Part shown: one piece after another, positions 9,267 to 19,268 of the stretch | Layout of the letters: each line of letters begins with the position of its first letter | Numbering within the stretch: position 1 is the first letter of the stretch | Source of the DNA: Fibrobacteria bacterium | GTDB taxonomy: Bacteria > Fibrobacterota > Fibrobacteria > UBA11236 | Length of the DNA: 64,000 nucleotides | Assembly: GCA_041746255.1 (NCBI GenBank) | Contig: JBGTHM010000030.1 | Span: forward strand, 13,177 to 77,176 | Direction: 5' to 3' | The notes under the pieces: model-generated | Seen by the model: only the letters and a program-made list of their open reading frames with translations | Database searches by the model: none | Told to the model about the DNA's origin: nothing | Translations under genes and position numbers: made by a program

Positions 9267-11348
9267 TTATCCGGCAATGAGAGCCTTGCGGCTCAATTTT
9301 ATTTTCCCCTGCGGGTCGACTCCGATGCACTTGACTTCAACTTCATCGCCCATGGAAAGCACATCTTCGACTCTATTCACTTTTTGCGGGGCCAGTTCGG
9401 AAATATGCACCAGACCTTCTTTACCGGGAAGAATTTCCACGAAGGCTCCAAAGGTGGCTATGCCCTTGACCTTGCCACGATAGATCTTTCCCACTTCGGC
9501 CTCGGCGAACAGTTCATTCACCATTTTAAGCGCGATGATGGCATTGTTCCGATGGGGCGCCGATATCGTCAACGATCCGGTATCGTCGATATTGAGGGTC
9601 GCGCCGGAAGACTCCTGGATGCCTCGGATGACCTTGCCGCCGGGTCCGATTAGCTCTTTGACTTTATCCGGCGGAATCTTCTTCTGCAGGATGGACGGTG
9701 CGAACTTGGATAGCTCTCTCGGGCCCGCCAGCGCATGGTTCATTTTCTCCAGGATGTGCATGCGGCCCGCCTTGGCCTGGCTCAGCGCACGGTGCATAAG
9801 CTCCGGAGTGATTCCCCGCATCTTGATGTCCATTTGAAAGGAGGTAATCCCTTCGGCGGTTCCGCATACCTTAAAATCCATGTCGCCGAGATGGTCTTCG
9901 GTTCCGTTGATGTCGGAGAGAACCTGGGCCCGGCCGCCCTCACTGACCATTCCCATGGCGATGCCCGCCACCGGAGCTTTGAGCTTCACGCCGGCATCCA
10001 AAAGCGCCAGGGTGCCGCCACAAACCGACGCCATGGAAGAGGAACCATGCGATTCCAGAATATCGGAAACCAGGCGAATGGTGTAGGGAAAGCTGTCGGC
10101 GGTGGGTAGAACCGGGGCAAGAGCGCGCTCGGCAAGATAACCATGCCCTATTTCGCGTCGACTGACCGACGCCATGCGCTTGGCTTCGCCAACGCTAAAC
10201 CCGGGAAAGTTATAATGCAACATGTAGTTCTTAAATGTTTCGCCTTGCAGGGAATCGACTCGTTGTTCATCGGTGCGGGTTCCCAGGGTGCAAACGACCA
10301 GGGCCTGGGTTTCGCCGCGTTGGAAAAGCGCTGAGCCGTGAGCGCGCGGAAGCACCTGGGTTTCGATATCAATTTGGCGAACCGTATCGGGCTTGCGACC
10401 ATCGATACGCACGCCTTCGTTGAGTACCATTTCGCGCATTTCGCGCCAGTAGATTTCTTCGAACTCGGTAGCGATCTCGCTATCCGCATCCGGGAACTCA
10501 GGTGCGAGTGCGGTAACGACTTGTTGCTTGACGGCCTTGACGGCCTTTCCATGGGCCTTTTTGAGATACGGGCTGTGGAGTACTTCCCGCAGTGGATTGA
10601 GCGCGATTTCCTCGATGCGTTTTTGCAGGGCGAGGTTTCGTGGCGGGGGAGTGAAAACCTCTTTTTCCGGATTCAGTCTACGGATGAGTTCATTCTGACC
10701 CTGGATAATCTGTTTGATGGCTTGGTGGCCGGCCAGAATGGCGTTGACCATCAATTCTTCGGGTACTTCCCAGGCCGAGCCCTCGACCATGTTGACGGAA
10801 GTTTCGGTGCCGGCGACGATGAGTTCGATGTCGGCGGATTCGATTTCTTCGAAAGTGGGATTCACGATGAAGCTGCCGTCTTTACTGCCGATTACCTTGA
10901 CCGCGGCGACCTGCTCCTCGAAAGGAAGGGGTGAAAGGCCTACGGCTAATGACGCGCCGATAATGGAAATAGTATCGGAATCAAATTTTTCATCGGCGGA
11001 AAGGACGGATGCAACCACTTGCACTTCGCGACGGAATCCGTCTGGGAACATAGGGCGCAAGGGCCTATCTATGAGGCGGCAAGTTAAAATTTCCTTGTCG
11101 CTGGGTTTAGCCTCGCGCTTGACGTACCCGCCGGGGATTTTGCCGGCAGCATAATATTTTTCGCGGTATTCGACGGTTAGGGGAAAGAAGTCGCCTTGCG
11201 ATTCGGCGCCATAGCATACCGTGACCAATACCACGGTTTCGCCAAGTCGGATGATTACCGAGCCGCCCGCCTGTTTGGCGATTTTGCCCGATTCGAGGGT
11301 GATGATCTTTCCGTCGGGAAGGGTAACATTGACTATTTCATGTGCCAT
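9267..11348 (-). CDS. pnp: Polyribonucleotide nucleotidyltransferase (PNPase)
   Basis: [37 protein letters not shown] and [10 protein letters not shown] motifs; KH and S1 domains. Confidence 0.98.
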   Translation of the reverse strand: MAHEIVNVTLPDGKIITLESGKIAKQAGGSVIIRLGETVVLVTVCYGAESQGDFFPLTVEYREKYYAAGKIPGGYVKREAKPSDKEILTCRLIDRPLRPMFPDGFRREVQVVASVLSADEKFDSDTISIIGASLAVGLSPLPFEEQVAAVKVIGSKDGSFIVNPTFEEIESADIELIVAGTETSVNMVEGSAWEVPEELMVNAILAGHQAIKQIIQGQNELIRRLNPEKEVFTPPPRNLALQKRIEEIALNPLREVLHSPYLKKAHGKAVKAVKQQVVTALAPEFPDADSEIATEFEEIYWREMREMVLNEGVRIDGRKPDTVRQIDIETQVLPRAHGSALFQRGETQALVVCTLGTRTDEQRVDSLQGETFKNYMLHYNFPGFSVGEAKRMASVSRREIGHGYLAERALAPVLPTADSFPYTIRLVSDILESHGSSSMASVCGGTLALLDAGVKLKAPVAGIAMGMVSEGGRAQVLSDINGTEDHLGDMDFKVCGTAEGITSFQMDIKMRGITPELMHRALSQAKAGRMHILEKMNHALAGPRELSKFAPSILQKKIPPDKVKELIGPGGKVIRGIQESSGATLNIDDTGSLTISAPHRNNAIIALKMVNELFAEAEVGKIYRGKVKGIATFGAFVEILPGKEGLVHISELAPQKVNRVEDVLSMGDEVEVKCIGVDPQGKIKLSRKALIAG

Positions 11349-11384
11349 GGAATGGTATTTCTCCCAGGGGATAATAGCATGGAA

Positions 11385-11410
11385 GCCCGGTGCCGTTTAG
11401 GCGGCCGGGC
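11385..11410 (-). terminator. GC-rich stem-loop between rpsO and pnp (terminator or processing site)
   Basis: GCCCGG...GCC-taaac-GGC...CCGGGC hairpin. The U-tract is weak. Confidence 0.45.
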
Positions 11411-11424
11411 GGAATGACGTGGAC

Positions 11425-11697
11425 CTAGCGGCGCAATTCGAGCTGTTTAATCAGACCGCGGTAACCGTCGAGGTCGGTTTTCGCCAGGTAATTGAGCATG
11501 CGGCGGCGGTAGGCGACCATGGTGATCAGTCCGCGGCGGGAGTGCTTGTCTTTTTTATGCACTTTGAGATGCTCGGTGATTTCAGCGATGCGATGGGTCA
11601 AGATGGCGATCTGGACGCGGACGTTACCGGAATCCTTTTCGTTCTTACCATAATCGCCTACGAGCTTCTGCGTTATTTCTGTGGTGATTGTCGCCAT
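11425..11697 (-). CDS. rpsO: 30S ribosomal protein S15
   Basis: DSGNVRVQIAILT...HKKDKHSRRGL...RRRMLNYL. Confidence 0.98.
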   Translation of the reverse strand: MATITTEITQKLVGDYGKNEKDSGNVRVQIAILTHRIAEITEHLKVHKKDKHSRRGLITMVAYRRRMLNYLAKTDLDGYRGLIKQLELRR

Positions 11698-11725
11698 AAC
11701 AATATTAAACCTTTGAATGGATTAC

Positions 11726-12697
11726 TTAATCGTTGAAAGAAAACTTCTGTTCGGCAGACTTCTTTCCGGGCTCCGCCTTGGAAAAGCGGGTCCGGCATGC
11801 CTCCAGATCTCGCTGGATTTGCCGCCTCAAATCGGAAGAATTTGCAAACTTTTCTTCCTTTCGGAGGTGGAATAATAGTTTTACCCCGGCTTTTTGGCCA
11901 TAGATATCTGCTTTGAAATCAAGTACATGAGCCTCTAATTTAGCTATTTGAGAGTCGAAAGTCGGGCGGATTCCAATATTGATGACTGCGGGATGATCCA
12001 CTCCCTCCAGGTTGACGTAGCCCCCGTATACGCCGAATTGGGGTAATAATTTAACCGGCGATTCCAACCGTAAATTGGCGGTGGGGAAGCCCAGCTTCTT
12101 GCCTCGGCCCTCGCCGGTTTCCACCGTTCCGAGAAAGAGATAAGGCCGACCCAGCAATTCATTGGCCCGCTCAAGGCGACCTGCCTGCAAATGTCCGCGT
12201 ATGGCCGAGGAGCTGACAATCTCGCCCTGCAATAAATAAGGTGGGGTCAAATGCACGGCCGCCTCGCCGCCGGAAAGCAATTTACCCAGGAGGGGAGCAT
12301 CGCCCTGGGCGCCTTTACCGTATCGATGGTCATGGCCTAGAAAAACCTCGCGGCAATTGAGGGATTGGATTAAAATATTTCGGACGAAATCATCGGGTTC
12401 CATATGGGCGATTTCGTCGGTGAAGCGGAGACAGAGCGTTTCAATCGGCCACTTTTTCAGGATCTCGATTTTTTCTCCCAGGGTGGTCAACAAAGCAGGA
12501 GCTTTATCCTTCAGGAAAAAATGGGCGGGATGGGGTTCGAAGGTGACCAGCATGGGCGTAAGACCCCGGACTTTGGCTTTTTGGACGAGGGAGGATAAGA
12601 GGTGTTGATGACCTAAATGGACACCGTCGAAATTACCGAGCGCTAAAAGCGTCGGCTTTTCCTGTGAGGGGATATCGCGTATATCGCGAGGAATCAA
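11726..12697 (-). CDS. ribF: Bifunctional riboflavin kinase/FAD synthetase
   Basis: GNFDGVHLGH, TFEPHP, VSSSAIR, LGFPTAN and EAHVLDF motifs. Likely TTG start at 12697 overlaps the truB stop. Confidence 0.95.
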   Translation of the reverse strand: MIPRDIRDIPSQEKPTLLALGNFDGVHLGHQHLLSSLVQKAKVRGLTPMLVTFEPHPAHFFLKDKAPALLTTLGEKIEILKKWPIETLCLRFTDEIAHMEPDDFVRNILIQSLNCREVFLGHDHRYGKGAQGDAPLLGKLLSGGEAAVHLTPPYLLQGEIVSSSAIRGHLQAGRLERANELLGRPYLFLGTVETGEGRGKKLGFPTANLRLESPVKLLPQFGVYGGYVNLEGVDHPAVINIGIRPTFDSQIAKLEAHVLDFKADIYGQKAGVKLLFHLRKEEKFANSSDLRRQIQRDLEACRTRFSKAEPGKKSAEQKFSFND

Positions 12698-13650
12698 TTT
12701 CGAGCCAGGACTTTCTCGGGACACAAGCTGCCATCGGCAAGAATACGGCCGATGGCCAATAGCCGGGTGCCGGAAAGGATGCGATAGGGGGTTTCAGCGC
12801 TTTCTGCCGGAGCGCCGGTCAATCGATATTCCGAAGGCCCTAAAGTGATGCCATTCAGTATGGGGCTTATTTTTACGGGCGAAACAGTGGCGACAGGAAG
12901 GAATTCCAGTGCCTGGGCTACCGGTATGAGGCGGCTCATTCCCTCGATATCCTCGGTAGTTACGGCGTTTTCTACCTGAAAGGGCCCGATGGCCATGCGT
13001 CGGATAGCATCGGCGACTCCACCTACCTTGAGCAAGCGGCCTATATCATGGGCGAGCGAGCGGACATAAGTGCCGCGAGAGCAAATCAGGCGTAAATGCG
13101 CGGCGGCGGGCTTACCGGTTTCGCCGGGCTCGAAGCCCTCCATTTCAAACCGATAGACATGTATGCGTCTTGACTTGAGTTCGACGGTTTCGCCGGAACG
13201 GACTCGATCGCAAGCGCGCCGACCCGCGATTTTGATGGCGGAATAATCGGGAGGCATCTGCTCCTGTTCGCCGCGGAACCCCTTCAGTGCGTCTTCGATA
13301 TGCGCGGCGGTGAGATGTCCGGACTCCTGCCGCTGCAGGACTTCTCCCTGCATATCGTAAGTATCTGTGGCAATGCCCAGGTGCACAGTGAACCGGTAGT
13401 CTTTGGTGAGTTTCTCCATGTATTCGAGGAGGCGGGTGGCCTTATCCACCCCGACCAGCAAAAGGCCCGATGCATCGGGATCCAAGGTACCCGCATGTCC
13501 CACTTTTCGGCCGCGAAATATCTTTTTTACCGGGTGCAGCGCCTTAAAAGAGGAGAGGCCGCGCGCTTTGTCCACCAACAAGAAGCCACCTCCTTCGGGA
13601 ATTGGGGGTGTTGGCACATTCGGTCCTGCGACCGCCGGCTGCCTAATCAT
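12694..13650 (-). CDS. truB: tRNA pseudouridine(55) synthase
   Basis: KVGHAGTLDPDASGLL, QMPPDYSAIK and CSRGTYVRSL motifs. Confidence 0.96.
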   Translation of the reverse strand: MIRQPAVAGPNVPTPPIPEGGGFLLVDKARGLSSFKALHPVKKIFRGRKVGHAGTLDPDASGLLLVGVDKATRLLEYMEKLTKDYRFTVHLGIATDTYDMQGEVLQRQESGHLTAAHIEDALKGFRGEQEQMPPDYSAIKIAGRRACDRVRSGETVELKSRRIHVYRFEMEGFEPGETGKPAAAHLRLICSRGTYVRSLAHDIGRLLKVGGVADAIRRMAIGPFQVENAVTTEDIEGMSRLIPVAQALEFLPVATVSPVKISPILNGITLGPSEYRLTGAPAESAETPYRILSGTRLLAIGRILADGSLCPEKVLARN

Positions 13651-14068
13651 TTTTGGAATCTAATTCGGAAGAGGCGTCGGAGTTTTCCTCCGGTTCGTCC
13701 TCCTCGGCTGCTTCCGTCGGGCCGCTCCCGGGGTTATCGATGCGGCTGAGGATTTCGTGCATGCGGAAGCCGTGTTCCAGATTCTTGTCTTCGATGAATT
13801 GCAAACGGGGCACCGTTCGGGTGTGCATCGATTTTGCCAATTGGGTACGCAGAAAAGACGCGCTTCTTCCCAGCCCGACCAGCGAGTCCTTGGTTTCTTT
13901 CGCGCCGCCTAATACGGTGACGAATACCTTGGCATGAGCCAAATCGGTGGTCACGTCTACGCGCGAGATGGTCACGAATCCAATGCGCGAGTCGGCAAGC
14001 TCTTTTTGAATGAGATCGCTGAGCTCGCGCTGGATTAGGTTTCCGACTCTTTCGGTCCTGCGGGTCAT
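13643..14068 (-). CDS. rbfA: 30S ribosome-binding factor A
   Basis: RTERVGNLIQRELS, VDVTTDLAHAKVF and RTVPRLQF motifs; synteny. Confidence 0.96.
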   Translation of the reverse strand: MTRRTERVGNLIQRELSDLIQKELADSRIGFVTISRVDVTTDLAHAKVFVTVLGGAKETKDSLVGLGRSASFLRTQLAKSMHTRTVPRLQFIEDKNLEHGFRMHEILSRIDNPGSGPTEAAEEDEPEENSDASSELDSKND

Positions 14069-14097
14069 GGGCTAATATCCTTCCGGCGTGAGATGTC

Positions 14098-17031
14098 TCA
14101 GGCGTTTACCGGAGCGGAAAGCTTGCGAGCCACTTCCACTCTGCGGAAAAAGGCCAACACGTCGCCTTCTTTGATATCGTTCAAGCCCTCGAGGCCGATA
14201 CCGCATTCGAAACCGGCGCGTACCACCTTGGCGTCGTCTTTTTCACGCTTGAGCGAAGTGACTTTGGCTTCGCCCACTTCGATGCCGCCGCGGTAGAGCC
14301 TTGCCTTGAGGTCGCGCTCCACCGTACCGCTTTGCACTTTGCAACCCGCGATGGTGCCGATTTTGGGAATGTGGAAAAGCTGCAGAATCTCGGCTTCGCC
14401 GGCCACTTCCTCCTTGATTTCGGGAGTAAGCATGCCTTCCATGGCGGCCCTGATTTCGTCCACCACTTCGTAGATGACGCGATAATTATTGATGGTCACG
14501 CCTTCGCGTTCCGCAAGATTTCGAACCGATTCGGAAGGCAGCACATGGAATGCGATGACAATGGCTTCCGATGCGGAGGCCAATCCGATATCGGCGTCGG
14601 TGACGGCACCCACGCCTTTGGAGATGACGTTGACGCGGACCTCTTTGGTCGAGACCTTCTCCAGCGCCGCGGCGATGGCTTCCACCGAACCGTCGACGTC
14701 GCCTTTGATGATGACTTTGAGTTCGTGGAATTCGCCGGACTTGATTTGATCGTAAAGCTGATCGAGAGTGATATGCCGTTTCTGCCGCAGTTCGCGGTCT
14801 TTGGCGGCAATGCGGCGGCGAGCCGCGATTTCACGCGCTTCGCGTTCGTCCTCGACGGCCAAAAAGGAATCGCCCGCCTGCGGAGCGCCTTCAAGGCCCA
14901 ATACCTGCACGGGAGTGGAGGGGCCGGCGGTTTGCTTCGGCTTGCCGCGTTCGTCAAGCAGTGCGCGCACTTTGCCGGAAAAAATACCGGTTACAAAGGG
15001 GTCGCCCACGTTGAGCGTACCGTTTTGAATGAGCACCGTGGCTACCGCGCCCTTGCCCTTGTCCAGGCGGGACTCGATGACCGTTCCTTGCGCAGGGCGG
15101 TTGGGATTGGCTTTGAGGTCGAGTATTTCAGATTCGAGCGCCAGGGTCTCCAGCAGCTTTTCCATGCCCAGGCCGGTTTTGGCCGAGATTTCGACGCTGG
15201 GATATTTGCCGCCCCATTGTTCCACTTCGACGCCGGCTTCGGCCAATTGTGCGCGAATTTTGTCCGGATTGGCGGTGGGCAAATCGATTTTGCTGATGGC
15301 CACCACAATTTGGCAATTGGCATTTTTGGCCATCTTGATGGCTTCTTTGGTTTGCGGCATGACCATGCTGTCCGCTGCCACCACTAGCACTACCACGTCG
15401 GTGACATGGGCGCCGCGCGATCGCATCGCGGAAAAGGCTTCGTGACCCGGCGTATCCAGAAAACAAACCGGTCCGAAAATGGTTTCCACCTGGTAGGCGC
15501 CGATATGCTGGGTAATGCCTCCTGCCTCACCCGCGATAACGTTCGCCTTGCGGATGAAGTCGAGCAGCGAGGTTTTACCGTGATCGACATGGCCCATAAC
15601 CGTGATGATGGGCGCGCGCGGAAGCAACTCCTCGGCGGTGTCTTCGGATTCCTGACCCAGGTTGTCGGTGGCGTATTCGTCCATCAATTTGGCGTCGAAT
15701 CCGAACTCATCGGCGATGAGAGCGATGGTTTCATAATCGAGACGCTGGTTGATGGTCACCATCATTCCCAGTTCCATGCATTTCGCGATAACCTGCGCAG
15801 GCATTACATTCATGAGTCCGGCCAATTCGCCGATACTGATAAACTCGCCTACATTCAAGATGCGACGTGATCCATCATCCTCGAAGTCGCTCTCCTTGCG
15901 GCCTTTCAACTTGCCTTTGCCTGGAGTACGGGAAAGGGAAGCCATGACCTTGCTCACGTTTTGACGGGCTTCGAGAAGTTCCGCCTCCACCTGCTCCTTC
16001 GATTTGCGGCGATGGCCGCCGCGTGTCGGTTTGCTCGGCGTGAAAGTCTTGGCTTTGTCTTTATCCTTGTCGAGACCGCGGTTGAGGCGATCGGGCTTGG
16101 CGCCGCCGGTGCCTCCGCCGGCCAGGGGAGTAAAAGTATTGGTGACGCCGGCTTCATGGGCGCGTTGCGCGAATACATCACGAGGAGCTCCCGCTCCGCC
16201 GGGCCCTGCCGGACGGCGTGCTCCCGGAGGGCCACCCGCCCCAACCGGTCCGCCTTCACGAGGTCCTCGGGGTCCTTGCCCGGGTGCGGGAGGACGTGCT
16301 CCCCGACTTAAATTGCCGGAATAACCTTGCCCGCGGCTTTGCATGCGCGCTTGAGCGTCGGCCCGGCCGCGCGCGATGCGCGCCAACAAGGCGGCGTCGG
16401 GCTTTTCCACCGAAACTTTGAGTTCATTAAGCTGCGGGGGCGCCGTCTGCGGAGGCACTTTTGCCTTTGGAGCCTCCGGCGCCTGGGCTGGTATAGGCTC
16501 GGGCCTCGGCTCTGTCGCTTCGGGAGAAATAGGCTGCGCAGGGGCCGACTGAACCCCGGTGGGCGCCTCGATTTCGATGGGAGATACTTTGGGAGCTTTG
16601 GCCTCCGGAGCTTCCGGTTGCTTTTCCGAAACGGGTTGCTGCATTGGAACCGCTTCGGGAGCAGGTTGTTTCACTGCGGCCTTGACTGTGGTTTCCTGCG
16701 GCTTTTCCAGCGTCTGAGTTTCTTCAGGCGCCGCTGCAACCGTCTCCAGCTTCGGAGCTGGACGCGTCAGTTTGGTAGGCGGTTGCGGGGGTGCCTTTTT
16801 GAGTACAGCCTTCATAGGTATCTTCTTGCCTGCACGTACAAGCGCTTCCCGCTCCAGCTTTTCCTTGGTGGCGAGAATCAATGGCTTCGCCTTTGCGAAG
16901 CTCTCATGGTCAATCATGCTCATAGCCGATTTGACCTCAAGCCCGGCTTCCCGCAATGCGTTGAGAAGCAGGTCATTGGGAATATCGTATGATTTGGCTA
17001 GGGTTGAAACTCTTTTTTTCGCTTCGGTCAT
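14098..17031 (-). CDS. infB: Translation initiation factor IF-2
   Basis: MGHVDHGKTSLLD, EAGGITQHIGAY and DTPGHEAF motifs. True start is ATG 17031 (MTEAKKR) after GAAGGA; the track start at 17193 lies inside nusA. Confidence 0.98.
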   Translation of the reverse strand: MTEAKKRVSTLAKSYDIPNDLLLNALREAGLEVKSAMSMIDHESFAKAKPLILATKEKLEREALVRAGKKIPMKAVLKKAPPQPPTKLTRPAPKLETVAAAPEETQTLEKPQETTVKAAVKQPAPEAVPMQQPVSEKQPEAPEAKAPKVSPIEIEAPTGVQSAPAQPISPEATEPRPEPIPAQAPEAPKAKVPPQTAPPQLNELKVSVEKPDAALLARIARGRADAQARMQSRGQGYSGNLSRGARPPAPGQGPRGPREGGPVGAGGPPGARRPAGPGGAGAPRDVFAQRAHEAGVTNTFTPLAGGGTGGAKPDRLNRGLDKDKDKAKTFTPSKPTRGGHRRKSKEQVEAELLEARQNVSKVMASLSRTPGKGKLKGRKESDFEDDGSRRILNVGEFISIGELAGLMNVMPAQVIAKCMELGMMVTINQRLDYETIALIADEFGFDAKLMDEYATDNLGQESEDTAEELLPRAPIITVMGHVDHGKTSLLDFIRKANVIAGEAGGITQHIGAYQVETIFGPVCFLDTPGHEAFSAMRSRGAHVTDVVVLVVAADSMVMPQTKEAIKMAKNANCQIVVAISKIDLPTANPDKIRAQLAEAGVEVEQWGGKYPSVEISAKTGLGMEKLLETLALESEILDLKANPNRPAQGTVIESRLDKGKGAVATVLIQNGTLNVGDPFVTGIFSGKVRALLDERGKPKQTAGPSTPVQVLGLEGAPQAGDSFLAVEDEREAREIAARRRIAAKDRELRQKRHITLDQLYDQIKSGEFHELKVIIKGDVDGSVEAIAAALEKVSTKEVRVNVISKGVGAVTDADIGLASASEAIVIAFHVLPSESVRNLAEREGVTINNYRVIYEVVDEIRAAMEGMLTPEIKEEVAGEAEILQLFHIPKIGTIAGCKVQSGTVERDLKARLYRGGIEVGEAKVTSLKREKDDAKVVRAGFECGIGLEGLNDIKEGDVLAFFRRVEVARKLSAPVNA

Positions 17032-17065
17032 AATTCCTTCGATTCGATACGGGGTTGCAAACGGC

Positions 17066-18301
17066 TTAGGATGCGTCCTCCGGTTCTTGTTTCTTGGGCG
17101 CGAACAGCGACTCCAGCTCGGAGAACTTGCTGGAAGCCGGGGTGGCCACTGACTGGGCCGAATCGCCGGTGCCCGGAATCTTGACGCCTTCACGCGGCTT
17201 GAATAGGCTTTCCTTGTCCTCGGCCGACATGTCGGTGAATTCGGTGGAGCCGTAAATATCCAGCTCCTTGCCGATGAGCTTGGATGCCAGGCGCACGTTC
17301 TGGCCGCCGCGCCCGATAGCCTGGGAAAGATCTTCGTCGTTCACGATGACCACCACGCGGCCGTCGCCGACGTCGGTTATCTGCTTCAAGTTGGCCGGAG
17401 CCAGGGAGCGTCGGATATAGGTGGCCAAATCGTCGGTCCAGTGGATGATGTCGATGCGCTCGTTCGAAAGCTCGCGAACGATAGCCTGTACGCGGTTGCC
17501 CTTCATCCCTACGCAAGCGCCTACGGGATCGATGCGATCGTCCTTGGAAGTTACGGCGATTTTGGCGCGGTAGCCGGGATCACGCGAGACGCCGCGTATC
17601 TGAACGACACCGTCGTGGATTTCCGGTACTTCCAACTCGAAAAGCTTGGCCAGGAACTCGGGATGCGTGCGCGAAAGCAGGATTTGCGGACCCTTGGTGT
17701 TGGTGCTCACGTTGGCGATATAAGCCCGGATGGTGTCGCCCTGCCGGTAACGTTCTTTGCGGATTTGTTCGCGCTGGGGAATAATGCCTTCGGTCTTGCC
17801 GAGGTTGATCAGAATGTTGCCTCTGTCCACCTGCTGCACGGAACCCGATACCATGGTGCCGATGCGATGCTGGTATTCCTCGAAAATCTTTTCGCGCTCG
17901 GCATCCCGTACCTTTTGCAGCAACATTTGCTTCGCGGTTTGAATGGCGGAGCGACCGAAATTCTCGATGGGCACTTCCATTTCCAGGTAATCGCCCGGAA
18001 CGGCGTCTTCGTTGTATTCATGGGCCTCTTCGACCAACATGTACTTTTCATCGAGCTCCTGAACTTCTTCCGGAGTCAAATCGGGCGGAACGTCCGGATA
18101 ATCGTCAACCACGGTCACTCGCAGGTAAACATGGATTTCGCCGCTTTCCTTGTCGATTTCGGCCTCGATGTTTTTCTGAATCTCAAGGTATTTCTTGGCG
18201 GCGTTGACCAGGCTTTGTTCCAGCGTGGAAATGACGACATCGGTGCCCAGATTCTTGGTCTTGGCGATGAGGTTCAGGTTTTCAAAAATGTCACTCGTCA
18301 T
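17066..18301 (-). CDS. nusA: Transcription termination/antitermination factor NusA
   Basis: FGRSAIQTAKQ, LFELEVPEI, DPVGACVGMKG and AIGRGGQNVRLAS motifs. Confidence 0.98.
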   Translation of the reverse strand: MTSDIFENLNLIAKTKNLGTDVVISTLEQSLVNAAKKYLEIQKNIEAEIDKESGEIHVYLRVTVVDDYPDVPPDLTPEEVQELDEKYMLVEEAHEYNEDAVPGDYLEMEVPIENFGRSAIQTAKQMLLQKVRDAEREKIFEEYQHRIGTMVSGSVQQVDRGNILINLGKTEGIIPQREQIRKERYRQGDTIRAYIANVSTNTKGPQILLSRTHPEFLAKLFELEVPEIHDGVVQIRGVSRDPGYRAKIAVTSKDDRIDPVGACVGMKGNRVQAIVRELSNERIDIIHWTDDLATYIRRSLAPANLKQITDVGDGRVVVIVNDEDLSQAIGRGGQNVRLASKLIGKELDIYGSTEFTDMSAEDKESLFKPREGVKIPGTGDSAQSVATPASSKFSELESLFAPKKQEPEDAS

Positions 18302-18309
18302 TAGGACTC

Positions 18310-18768
18310 CTATCCGATACGAACGTCGACTTTGGCTTGGGCAATAAGGTTCATGGCTATGGAAATTTTCTTCCCATCCTCAGAAAGCGAAATGGATTTT
18401 TCATCGGCCTCATCGAGCAACCCCACATGGAGACTTTTACCTTCGACGGGCTCCCGCGTTGCCACGCGAACCGGCCGACCCAGGTTCCGGCTGTAATCAC
18501 GAAGGGTTTTGAAAGGACGGTCGAGTCCCGGTGAAGAGACTTCCAACATGTAAGGGTCGTCCGCTAAAAAACCTTCAGCATCCAACAGCGCGCTTAGCTC
18601 CCGGCTGACCTGCGCGCAATCGTCGACACTGACGCCTTCGCGCTTGCCGATATAAATGCGTGCGACCCGCCGCCTGCCCGCCCGGAAAATTTCCACATCG
18701 ACCAGCTCAAGGCCTTTCGATTCGGCGATTCCTTCAGCGTATCGGGACAAGGTTTCCAGAACGTCCAA
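18310..18768 (-). CDS. rimP: Ribosome maturation factor RimP
   Basis: VDDCAQVSR and LEVSSPGLDRP motifs; TTG start with GAGGAG SD; first gene of the nusA operon. Confidence 0.96.
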   Translation of the reverse strand: MDVLETLSRYAEGIAESKGLELVDVEIFRAGRRRVARIYIGKREGVSVDDCAQVSRELSALLDAEGFLADDPYMLEVSSPGLDRPFKTLRDYSRNLGRPVRVATREPVEGKSLHVGLLDEADEKSISLSEDGKKISIAMNLIAQAKVDVRIG

Positions 18769-18948
18769 GCACCAATCTCCTCAGGCCGGAAAAAATAATA
18801 GCACGAAGCATCCCCCCTCGCGGCCGCTTTTCGAGTTCTCTCCGACCTGGAAAAGAAACCCCAAAAACATCCGCAGCCAAGGTACCCACTCAATAAATGA
18901 CTGATGCAGGGGAGTACGAAGGTAGGGCTACACTCGTAGACGCGCATT

Positions 18949-18976
18949 AATTTAGTAAATTATGCGATACCGACAA
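18949..18976 (-). promoter_or_regulatory. Candidate sigma70 promoter of the rimP-nusA-infB operon
   Basis: Minus strand TTGTCG-N16-TAAATT, about 180 nt upstream of rimP. Confidence 0.4.
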
Positions 18977-19055
18977 GCCGGGAGCAGTCCAGGCAATGGC
19001 GGGCTTCCCTTTTTCGACTTGAAAATGCCATGGAAGCAACGATGAAGGAGAGAGT

Positions 19056-19268
19056 GTGACGGTCCTGCTTATTATTGTCATCGGTTTAGGCGGGCTTTGG
19101 CTCAGTATCCGGCAATTCCGGCGGAATTTATTGGAGATAAAGGCCCAGCCCAAGGCCACTATTACTTGGGAGGACCGTTTTTTGAACTACCCTCTTACCG
19201 TGATTTGGTTCGGTTACCTAATCGTTTTCTTTGCCGGACTTATTATCAATAACCTGATTATCCGCTGA
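19056..19268 (+). CDS. Small two-TM membrane protein (70 aa), unknown function
   Basis: AAGGAG SD 5 nt before GTG; two clear hydrophobic helices. Confidence 0.6.
   Translation: MTVLLIIVIGLGGLWLSIRQFRRNLLEIKAQPKATITWEDRFLNYPLTVIWFGYLIVFFAGLIINNLIIR

Noticed and set aside
17032..17193. N-terminal extension of IF-2 in the ORF track
   Set aside because: It overlaps nusA; ATG 17031 has its own SD. Similar over-extensions were trimmed for the RimK, C39, rluE, mazG and PKS-adjacent membrane genes.
14332..18304. Long plus-strand ORFs (351, 221, 287 aa) opposite infB and nusA
   Set aside because: These are antisense shadows caused by codon bias in conserved GC-rich genes and have no motifs.
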